A stretch of DNA of 62,823 bases from Welwitschia mirabilis (taxonomy: Eukaryota). The stretch is taken from contig JBOZIK010000001.1 of assembly GCA_051453625.1 (NCBI GenBank), positions 38,093,297 to 38,156,119 of the forward strand, written 5' to 3'. The notes beneath the pieces are model-generated. The model ran no database searches and was not told where the DNA came from. It was given only the letters and a program-made list of their open reading frames with translations. The position numbers and the translations under genes were made by a program. This document shows, piece after piece, positions 39,725-51,149 of this stretch; positions within the stretch are counted from its first letter, which is position 1; every line of letters begins with the position of its first letter.

Positions 39725-40770
39725 TGTTGTGATGCCACCTTAACCTATTTAATACACTTGTGGAGTACATTTTTACATCCTATTAATAGGTTTTTCTAGG
39801 GATTTATGCAAATTCTATAAAACTTCCATATAGGTCAAAAGATCAATAATTTACCAAATAAGAAGTCATTTTTGAATAATGATGAATCAAAGTAATTTGA
39901 TGAAGATATATTAGTTGTCCTTCATGTTGTGGGGATAACAGAGGGAATGACAGTCATGTCATGGGGATGACGATTGGGAGGACAGTCAACATTTCCAACA
40001 CATGCTAAGCTTTATTTGGCAGATGGGGTATCGTCCTTTATGTTGTGGGGACAACATGAGGGACAATAATTAAAAAAATTTGTAAAGTTAATTAAATTGT
40101 CTTGAAAGGATGGACCTATCTCATACCTCTTCGTTTCACACCCTTTAGTGACCTATCCCAACCTATAAATAGACCCTTTTAGATCCTATTTAAAATCATC
40201 TTTTGCATCCACATTCTTGTGATAATGGGAGATTATTGAAGGCAAGGAGATCCATCCTACTTATGAGAAGGACCACCTTGGTGTTAGGCAATGAATCTTT
40301 CCTTAATGAGTTATTGTCATAAATGGACGTACTTCAATTTCATTAATAAAAGTATTGATTGAATTGAAATATTTTTAGATGTTTTATTATTCTTCCTTAT
40401 AGCTTATCTTAATTGCAATTTAAGTGATGTGAATTTGTAATTAAAATAGGTTATAAAAACCAATCTAAGTGATAGTATATTGGAAGTTTAATTAATTCAT
40501 TATATTAGAATTGCATTCATTACATTGCATTGCATCTTCATCTTTGCATTATTTAATTTATTTCCTATAAAGCAAATATATCATTCTTCTCTTTCTAAAT
40601 CAATGCTCCAAATTCTCTTATAGAAGTCTTCTCTAAGTGGAGAACATTTGGGTTAGTCCCACTATACAAATGTGTATTATGTGAAATTAGATTATTAGCT
40701 TTTTAGATGTTATAAGCTAAATTTGGTATTTATAATGTTGGAACTAGAAGCACAAATATGAACTGCAACA
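39725..40770 (+). mobile_element. Family-A-related solo LTR
   Basis: TGTTGTGATGCC...ACTGCAACA, internal CCTATAAATA and blocks homologous to 15560-15680. No adjacent PBS or PPT. Confidence 0.8.
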
Positions 40771-41307
40771 ATTAATTTATTTTAATTCATCTTGTGATTC
40801 TTAATTTTTGGTTTTAAATTATGAACAAGAAGATGTATGAATAAGAGCTAAAACATGACAACCAATGTAACAAATCAAACAAAAATTATTAAAAACATTT
40901 AACATAAAATATTAAGGCCTAGAGTTTTAAATTATTAACAATGATAATTTTGTATTTAATCTCATACATAGAAAATTGTAATTAGAGATTATTGAGAAAG
41001 GAAAAATTATTGCTGATGAATCATTCAATTAGTAAGCTAGATAATGTGAATTCATCTTTTTAAGTCTTCTAAAAAATATGGAGGATTATATACAAGACTT
41101 AGCTTCTTTATAATTTTATTATCCTATATTCATCCAATGATAGTTAATATGTGAAGCATAGTCCTAATCTAGATAAATAGGTAAATTTGCATTCTTTTCT
41201 ATTACATAGAAAATATTACTTCCATTGCTTCATATTACAACATCAAAAGTGGAAAGCTTTATGCCACCTAATTAGAGCAGAGTGATCATTTCTAAAATAC
41301 TTAAGGA

Positions 41308-44300
41308 TGTTGAGAATCATTAAACTATAAGGGAATGGGTAAATAGATCTATCAAAAAAAATTTAACTAAAATAAATTAAAAACTATACAATAATCACCT
41401 TAATATATTAACATGGTTCCCCAACCTGTGTACATCCACATAAGAGGGTAGCTTCCACTTATACCTATGGATATTATTAACCTGCAAAAATAGTGGTTTT
41501 AGAGCACCATCAACCTTACATATAATTTAGATATTCATCTCAAGATAGCACTTTCTTCCCCTTAGGGATATTCAATAAAAGAAAATTAAAAATGTACTCA
41601 TAAGCACTTATAGAAGCATACCCATATAAGGGTTGCCTTACAACATGAAAACCCTAGCAAGAAATCCTCTAATTAAACATAAGAAATGAATTATAATGAG
41701 TGTACTCAAAAGTTTGATAGTCCTACAATTTAAGTTCTAATAAATAATGATAAATAATAAAACAAAAGCCTAAAAGATGTCTCTATGATGAAGTTCTTGA
41801 ATTCTTCCTTGTTGTTATCATCCATGAGTGTTAAAGATCATAGTAATGTAGCTTTATAGGAGCCAATGACCAATTGATGCATTTACTAAATAGTCCTTTA
41901 CAAAAGATAGCTAAAAGATTTATGTGTAGAACTAATTATCTATGTGTTTTTTATCCTTATCTCTTTGTGCCCTTATTACTTTTGATGTATTTCTTATTGT
42001 TTCCCTTGAGAGATAGCCATTTAAAAACATGTAACCACTATATAATAAATAGAAACAACTAAGATTTGAACATCTAATGGGTATTTTATTTTTCAAAAAT
42101 TTTTAGGGTAGATGTCTTTAAAATGGTAGATGTCTTGTGTCAAGCAAACATCTTCAACATGGGATATGTCTCTGGTCAAACCACTTAGATTTTGATAATA
42201 CTTAAACTATAGTTTCTATTATTCTTTGTAATCATGAATCTAAGATGTAGAACTTGATTAATTTCATGAGATGTAGATAATTCATTAAAATATAATTTTA
42301 TCTCTATTACTTCTTCTAGTTTAGTATATAGAGCTTTAAATATGTAGATGTTTTCCATCAGTCAAAGTAGCATAGACATATTTAATGTAGTAGATGTCTT
42401 TCACCTATCTCAAGTTCTTAATTTAGTATAGATTTCTTTATTACTATAGATATCATTTTCTATTAAAACATTTGGTTTAGCATAAACATCTTTGGTATAG
42501 CAAACATATTTCCTATAGACATATTCACATGCACAGACATCTTGTATTAGCTTTGTTTTGACATTCATGAAATTTGAGTTGAAACTTCTATGTAATATGA
42601 ACTTCAGGTTTTACTTGGATTGATTTTTATTATGATCTAGTGTACTCTAAATTAACCTGTCTACATAATTAATAAATTATATTTAATAATTAGATTCATT
42701 AAAATTAGAATTTTACCAACGATATTCTTATTTTTAATGATGTCCAAAACTTGGCAAATCTCATTAGTATAAACATGTTTTATCAACTAAATGAAGATAA
42801 TATAGTCCAACAGAGAATTTATGTATGATTTAAGATAGGATATAAATTTCAACAGTTTTCAAAGTATTTATTAACTACACATATAATCATGAAAAATAGT
42901 AATTAAAAAGTAGTATTAATTATTAGACACATGAGCACTATGGAATTTTATATAAGTAAAAATAATAATAGTGAATAATAGAACATGTAATGTGTACTAA
43001 TAATAATAAAATTAATAAAAGAAAATAAAATAACATGTGATGTATGCCAAAAATAGAAAGTGAACATCAATAGTGATGTCCTTCATAGTAAGTCTAATCC
43101 ATATATCTTAAGATCATATCCTCTTGACTCATATAGGATATCCAATTTGATTTTCCTTTATTCTAATACTTTTCTAATAGCATATAAAATGATCTAATCA
43201 ATGAGATTTAAGTCATTGGTATATCATGTACCATCTCCTACATCATAACTATTATCATCACTATTCCTAAAGGTAAAGGTCTGAATGTTGTATGAAGAAG
43301 AAGATGTTGGAGAAAGTGTGTGCTATTTCCTAGATGACTACTGAGATGATTACTAGAGCCCTGAAAGGCCTATTTCCTCATATTTGAATATGTCTTAATG
43401 GTATTGGAACTACCAAAGAAGTTAGTAGTGGCATTTTTAGTGAAAGATAATGATGAAGCTATGCTAATAAATGGAACATGGATTGGTACTATGGAATGTG
43501 GTGATAGAGATGGAGGATGAGATGGTGATAAGGGATGAGGAGGTGATGGAGAATGTGTAGAATGACAAATGGATAATTTTCAATAAGGCCTACAAAAGAT
43601 GAGAAGCTAATCATCAAAGCTCTTAGAGTCTCCTTGCTACTTCTCCTATGTCTATGCCAGAGGTTGGTGCTCCTCTTATGCCTATGTGAAAGCCTTATTC
43701 TCCCCTTATATCTATGCCTCCTCTACTATGGAATTTAAAGGTTGAGTATCTACTACATTTCCTAAGTCATATCATAAAGCACCTAGTGCTAGAGGTTCCT
43801 ATACCTTTAATTTCTCCTTAGAATTAATCTGAATGAGAGTTTCCATGGATTTCCAACTACTTGTAGAAGCCTCTCCTTTACTAGCTATGGAATGGTGCCT
43901 TTTCAATTTTAACAAGTTTTATTTAATTTTTCTTGCCATCTTAGCAATATCCTTTAGATACTTCTTTATCAATGATGAATTATGAAAGGCTATAGAGTGC
44001 TGAAACTATAATTAAGAAGATCTCCTACTTGTGCCTCATGAGCTAGTATTAGTACTTACCATTTCTCACTAGGTCAAATGAGATTTACCTATGGCACTAA
44101 GATGCTAGCATTACTAATAACTATGATTATCAAACAAGGATGATCCAAATTTTAACTCTTCTAAAAAAAGAGTAATGATATCTATACCTAAAATTAAGTT
44201 GAGGTTAATATTTAACCTCATAAGAAGACCATAAATCATAAATGTCTATATTAGATTTCAATACCTACAACTACTATCCTAAACAAGTATGTTGTAGAAT

Positions 44301-47205
44301 GTGATTAAACTAAAATAGGGGTATTTTGTACCATATATGTATAGTCAACATTTTTATAAAAATTCATTCTGGAATGTCTAAAAAGTACATTACTCAATGA
44401 ATGCTATGAAATGCTAACAGAGTAACAAGTGAATATATCTTTAAAATAATTCATATATAATTATGAAATATTCAAATCATCTATATTAATTATGAAATTT
44501 ACAAAATTAGATGTAATAAATATAGAAGTACTTCATACTGGTATTTAGAAACACTTAGTACAATCATCTATCTCATGTATATTAGCATAGAATTCCCTAA
44601 CTATGGGGTCTAAAATACCTTAGTCTAACTAAACTTTTATGTACTAATCAATACATAAAAAATAAGCAATTATATAATCTTTTCTTTGATTTTGAAATTC
44701 AAGAGTTTGTTTTGAAATGATTGAGTTTATTATCCAAGTTTTTAAAAAAATTAGCAGTGGATTCATGATAAAATTGAAGTTTATACTAAGGGCTATGTGA
44801 TCTTATGATGGGTTCTTTTTCTTTGAACACAGTAGAGGAACATATTCTTATTACATTTAAAAAAATAATGGAAGAACCTAAATCATCAAATGAAAAAGAT
44901 TCAACCAAAAACTCAAAAACAAAAAAAAAAAATTGTTATGCTAATTATGAAGACTTTTATAAATATAAGAGATATTTGCTGATAGATCTTAAAAAAAAAA
45001 GGCTAAAAGATACCCTGAAAGAGATACCTACTAAGTGAAGAATTGAAAATAATAAATGGTAAACTTTTTCTAAATAAAAACGATTAAAACCCTCATTTTG
45101 GCATGCCTTTTATTTTTTTTATAGTTATTAAAGATATCTACCAACTGAAAGATGTTTAAATTGATAAAAGTAGTCATCTATATCAATTAAAAATGTCATC
45201 CATTAAAAATTTTATGAGTCACCTGTGTACTGTAAAGAAATCTATCCATTCAAAGACATTAATCTTGAAACATAAATAAAAATATACTTGACCTTTAAAG
45301 ATGTCTAGCATATAAAGACATTTGCTTAATAGAAGTCTACAATATTAAAGACATCTCCATGATAGACATATTTCATTGAAAATTTTCTTTTCTAGAAGAT
45401 AAAAAAACTTCAAAGTTTTCTACAATTAACATCATGATAAAAGTATCGCAATAAAAAGGTAAAGTAACATGCACAGAAATTACTATTTTAGGGTCTAACT
45501 ATAGTCTCAACTCATAGAATATTATAATGTGAAGTTGATATTTTAAAACTAATTCCTTGATGACTTACCTAATTAGGCAAGGCTTAATCCTTAGGTTTTT
45601 GCATAATTTAAAAAATTTATTGCCACTTAGGGGTTTAGTAAATATATCAATGAGTTAACCAATGGTATTAATATATTATAGCATGATATCCTTGTTTTCT
45701 AGATGCTCTTTAAGAAAATGATATCTGATCTTGAAATGTTTGATTCTTGAATGTTGTATTTGGCTTTTCAAGATGTTAATGATACTCTTATTATCATAAA
45801 ATATGGGAATTATCTCCAAATATAATCTAAAATATTTTAAACTTTACTTCATCCAAAGTAATTAAACACAACAACTTGTAGCAATAATGTTTTTATCCTT
45901 AATAGTAGAGAGAGTAGTTGAGTTTTACTTTTTAATGCTCCAAGATATCAGATATTTTCCAAGTAAGAAGCAAGTTTTAGATATACTCCTTTTATCATAT
46001 TTACATCCTACCCATTCTATGTCATAGTATTGATTAAGATAAGAGTCTTTTAAATACCAATGACCTCAATTAGTAGTATGATTTAGATTAGTAAAAAATT
46101 CTTTTAACTATCACAAGATGTAATTTTCTAGGATCACTTTGATAATGAGCATTATTTACTTCACTTAAAATCATATTACGTCTACTAGTAGTAAGATTTA
46201 ATGAACTATTGATCATACTTTGTATAGCTTCTAGTTGACCTTCTTACCATGCTCATCTTTATCTGATTTTCTACTTTAGTTTATTGGACATATTTGTCCT
46301 TATAATCCTATAAGCCATACTTGATTAGAAAATTTTTAATATTTTTAGTTTGAGAAATGAATATACCTTGTTTGTGTTGCATTACTTGAAGCCTTAAGAA
46401 GTTACTCATCTCTCCCATAATACTTATTTCAAATTTATCTTATGTAATCTTAGTAACATTCTTACATAATAATGTGTTAGTATCTCCAAAAATAATATGA
46501 GCCACATAGATTTATATAATAGTAAAATATTTGCCATCATTTTTAATAAATAATGAAATACCAGATGCACCTATTTCAAATTCATTTTTAGTTAGATGAG
46601 ATGATAATTTCTCATACCAAGCTTTAAGTTCTTGCTTGAGACCATAAAGAGCCTTTTTTAGTCTGTAAACATGGTTTAATTTATGAGAATTTGTAAATCC
46701 TTCACGTTGCCCAATAGATACTTCCTCTTAAATTACTTAATTTAGACAAGTACTTTAAACATCATTCTAGTAGAGTTTGAAATTTTTAATAAGTGTAAAG
46801 GCTAAAAGCATTTTTATAAACTCTATACAAGCTACTAGTGCAAATGTTTCTTCAAAGATTATGCCTTCTTATTGGTTATAGCCTTTAGCTATTAACCTTA
46901 TTTTGTTTCTAATGACATTACCATTTTCATCTATTTTTTCCTAAAAACCCATTTTGTACTAATAACAAGTTTATTGGATGGTCTTGAAGTGAATTCTCAA
47001 ACATTACATCTTTTAAATTAATTAAGTTTCTGTTACATTGCTAGCATCTAATGTTTATTACTGTTTACTTCATTGAAAGTTTTCATTCCACCTATGAGAA
47101 ATATGTTACAAATCCATAAAGTTTCTTAGTATGTATTCAAGTTTGAATACCATTGTATGAGCTACTTATTATGTTTCTTATAGAGTCATTTTTCTTTAGT
47201 CTAAT
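41308..47205 (-). mobile_element. Sirevirus-like copia element, 3' half (RT-RNase H, long extra region, 3' LTR ~41308-42721)
   Basis: Copia RT/RH at 45590-47160. A degenerate CCAAC.ATATTCTTATTTTTAATGATG at ~42716 resembles the reverse-complement PPT/LTR junction of Sireviruses. A U5-like AAGGGAATGGGTAAATAG lies at ~41329. Confidence 0.65.
45590..47160 (-). pseudogene. Copia RT and RNase H, degraded
   Basis: TKWVF..KIDENGNVIRNK.RL.AKGYNQ, EETFA.VA, VYRLKKALYGLKQ..KAWYE, IYVAHIIFG, SCC...LWMK, LIDIFTKPL. Confidence 0.92.
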
Positions 47206-47830
47206 TATTGTAGTGCATATGTATGCAAACATTATGTCATTAAACAAATTCTAAAAATCACCAAAATAGATATTGCACAACACAACATACTAATATATAT
47301 GGAAGGGTATTCAAATGTTGTAATTTTATTAAAGAAATAGGAGAGAAGAAAGAGAATTGATTTCAAATGAAATATTTATGCAATACCTAAGCAAAATAAA
47401 ACAGCAATGCAAAGCAAATAATGCAAGTAAACACACTATGCAAATGAGATGCAATATTTATTCTAAATGCAACATCTATTTGATTTTCAAATTAATGTAT
47501 CATAGAGATCATCCCTATATAACCTAGATCAATCAAAGAAAGATGTCACTAGATTAAGATCAACCTAAGCTATCAGACATACTAAACATAATATAAAAAT
47601 AATGCAAAGGTAATTTAGGAAATGAAATGAAATGAATCTAATCTAAAAATATTAAACTTAAGGTTGCCCTCATAATCTATATTACAAATGAAGCTATGAT
47701 GGAATCATAAGCAACATAAACCACAAGAGAGATGCACATAACAAAAGATATCAAAAGAAAAAAATATTTTTGATTATATTCAAAGCAGCATCTGTGTTAC
47801 AATGCAACAACACCTTAATGAAGGATACAA
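47206..47830 (-). mobile_element. Partial family-A LTR (3' part), minus strand
   Basis: TATTGTAGTGCATAT is the reverse complement of the LTR end at 49081-49095. Blocks match 48480-49095 in inverted orientation. Confidence 0.75.
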
Positions 47831-47832
47831 AA

Positions 47833-49095
47833 TGTTATGATGTGTAATTATATGTTCTTAACAAGGTATTTTGATAGTTTTTAAATATATTTAGATAGGT
47901 CTAAGCACAAAATAATTATCATTAAGAGTTAAGAAGAAAATCATGAAAATACATAAATGCTATCACTTTTGGAGGCATTTCGGATTAATTTTAATACTTC
48001 ATATTTTGAGGAAGAATTAATGAGCTTTAAGGATAATTTAACTTAATAAAAAGATTCAAGAAGGTTGTTATTCGCTCCATCATCCAAACAATAGACCATG
48101 ATTCCATCATTTACATGATGGCTATGATGCTAACTCAATCAATATGAAGAATAGATGTAGAATTCTGTTTATGTGGCATCATTCCCACCATCATCTGGAC
48201 AACATTAAGATAACCATTTAATTTTATCTAATGTATCAAAATCCATCAAACTTTTGTAATGTGTCATGCACTCTCTTACATGTCTATTAAGGTTTTACCA
48301 CATTTATTAGCTTTTTTGTTATTAGAGTCTATTATTATTAATAAATATTACCTTCATCCTTGACTTTAATCATCTTTATTTGCAGTAAAAATTCTTATGA
48401 TAGGAGATCAAAGGGCTGAAGGTTCATTTATTGTTGTTGCAAAAAGACATCTTCCTTGATGTTGGGCTTTTTATCCTTCATTGAGTTCCTACTACTTTAT
48501 AACATGGATGTTGATTCAATTCTAATTTAAAATTTTCTTTTCTTTTCATATCTTTCTTTTGTACATGTCCTGTATGGTTTATGTTGCTTTTGATTCTATA
48601 ATGGCTTATTTAGTGATATAGATCATGAGGGTAACCTTTATTAAGGTTGAAATTATTATTTTAGGTGCATTATATTTCCTTTCTTAGATTAAATTTTCAT
48701 TGTTTTTATATTTTATTTGACATATTTGATAGCTTAAGTTGGTCTTAACCTGATAATAACATTTCCTAATTGATCTAGGTTATATAGGATTAATCTTTAT
48801 GATAGGTTAATTTAGTAATCACAAGGGAGTTCTATTGAGCTTAGAAATGCATTTAATTTGCATAGTGTATTTGCATTATTATTTCTACATTATTATGTAT
48901 TTCTACTTTAAGGATATAAAGTGTCTCATTTCCAAAATTAATTATCTTTCTTCTTGTCTGTGCCTTTAATGAGAATATAACATTTAGATCACTTCCATCT
49001 ATATTAGTATGTTGTGTTGTGCAAAATCTATATTTATTTGTGAATAATACGATCTTCCTAAGGACGTAACATTTACATAGATATGCACTACAATA
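47833..49095 (+). mobile_element. Family-A 5' LTR followed by PBS (49099-49116) and ~200 bp of leader
   Basis: TGTTATGATG...CACTACAATA, then TAGCACTATTTCTAGGGAAGGCTATA (cf. 16291-16316). Confidence 0.78.
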
Positions 49096-50949
49096 TCTTA
49101 GCACTATTTCTAGGGAAGGCTATAAGGAGCTTGAGGATTATCGTAATCTAGATAAGTGCTTTGGATTTTAATTTAAGTATTTATTTACCATAACATTGTA
49201 TTTTTACTATAAATATTATAGTTTTTCTTTTGATTTTTTTTCACATTTTTTTCTTTTTATTTTTTGCATTTTTTGAGCCTGTCATTCTATCTGTTATCTA
49301 GATGACACAGGTAGATGACAACTATTGCACTACCAACTTATACATATTTGATAGGGTATTTTGAGTAGTTTTGTAAGTGAATAAATAGGTAAATGCTTAA
49401 ATTCAATGATAATGAAGAGCTGAGATGAAAAGGATGGAAACACATAATCTTGATGATAATTTATAATATTCTAAACAAATATAAATACTTTACATTTTTT
49501 AAGATAACTGCTACAAACATTGAGGCTGATGCAATAATTAAAGAATTATCAATGGCCATCACCCACCAAATTGTCTAGATGACTATACAGATGTCTATGA
49601 CAATTGGATGCCAATTGTAGTCTATCTAACAACTGATGTAAATTGATTATGAAGTGGCATTATCTCCTTTATCATCTGAATGACCAGCTAGGTGATACTA
49701 TTGTAATGTCTATACTGAATATTCATCTAACTTTTGCCACTTATATTTTTCATTTTTCCCTTGCGTGGCCATTACAGTTTACCTATACCTTTTTGTCTTT
49801 ATTGTTATGTGTTGAGTTAATAAATGAAGATCTCGTCCTCAACTCTTTCTTATCTTTGTTAGTATTTGAAATTCTCCTGACAAAAGATTAAAGGGCCATA
49901 GATCCATCCTATAGTTCTAGAGAGATGTTTTCTTAGTGTTGAGTGTCATTTCATCCATTAAGGTATGGCTACTTTGTAACATAGATGTTATTCAAAACTT
50001 AATAAAAAAACATTTTCTTTTATGCTTTCAATGTGTAATTATTTTTCATCCTCATAGCTTATGCTACTTCTAATCTAATAATAGTTTCTTTAGTGATATA
50101 GGTTATTAGGGCAAGATTTATCAAGGTTATGCTTGATTAGCTTAGGTTATGTATATTATTGTTTTTTCCTCCTATATTAGCTTTGCATTAGTGTGTTTTA
50201 TTTACTTTTATGCATTGCAAGTTATTTCTATAGATTAGGGTGTAAGTATTTCTTTGTGAAAAGAAACTATCTTATTTTCTACTTTAGCCTTCAATGGATC
50301 ACAACATTCAAGTTACTTTCCTCTATATTAGTATGTTTTGTTTATGCATTATTATTTATAAATAACAAGATTCTACTCAGAATGAAAATGTTGCATAAAT
50401 ATGCACTGCGATACCTTGTCACCATTAGCAGGAAAGGTTGCTTGGAGTTTAAGAGTAGTTATTACTCTAATGAGTATTTTGATTCAGATGCTTACCTACA
50501 ATAGTGTTGTACTAGTATCTATAGTAGTGTAGATTTTTGCTTTCTGCAGTGTCAAGTTTTCTATTTTTAAATAAAAAATCTATTTTCTATTCTACAATAA
50601 AAAGTAAGTCCTTTACTTCATCATCTAGCTGACATATGGTAATGATGGCCTCTATGCCATGAGTTTTTGGTTTCAGTCTTTTGTCATAAATTTTTAGGGT
50701 TTTTTCTATTATCCCCTTTGTCGTTCAAACAACTCAGGAGGATGACAGTCTACTTTCAAAGTTTTCTATCTATGTCAGTCTTTCATTTCTATTTTCTACT
50801 TTTTCCTTTTTTGTAGTTTCTATATTTTCAATAATCTAGAATATTGTCCAGGTAACTTAAGAGATGACAATCTGTATATCCAAAACTGAGTACAAATGGT
50901 AAAATCTGATAAGAAATAAAAATACTAGAGAGTAATTATTTATTGCTAA

Positions 50950-51121
50950 AAATATTAAAGAAGATTTGATGGATGTAGAAACTAAAACAAGTAAAAACAA
51001 TAAAGGTACATAAGGTTATGAATTTCCTACAATTTAAATATCAAAGAAGATTTCATAGATCTAGAAACTAAAACAAGTAAAAACAATAAAGGTACATAAG
51101 GTTATGAATTTCCTACAATTT
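50950..51121. repeat. 86-bp tandem duplication
   Basis: 50950-51035 and 51036-51121. The last 60 bp are identical and the first 26 bp differ at 4 positions. Confidence 0.92.
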
Positions 51122-51149
51122 CTACTTTCATTTCTATAGAGTTTGATTT

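Noticed and set aside
49643..50504. Hydrophobic ORFs (49643-49891, 50193-50504, also 58306-58584) as possible env or membrane peptides
   Set aside because: They lie in T-rich LTR or UTR sequence and are not conserved between paralogous copies. Composition explains the hydrophobicity.
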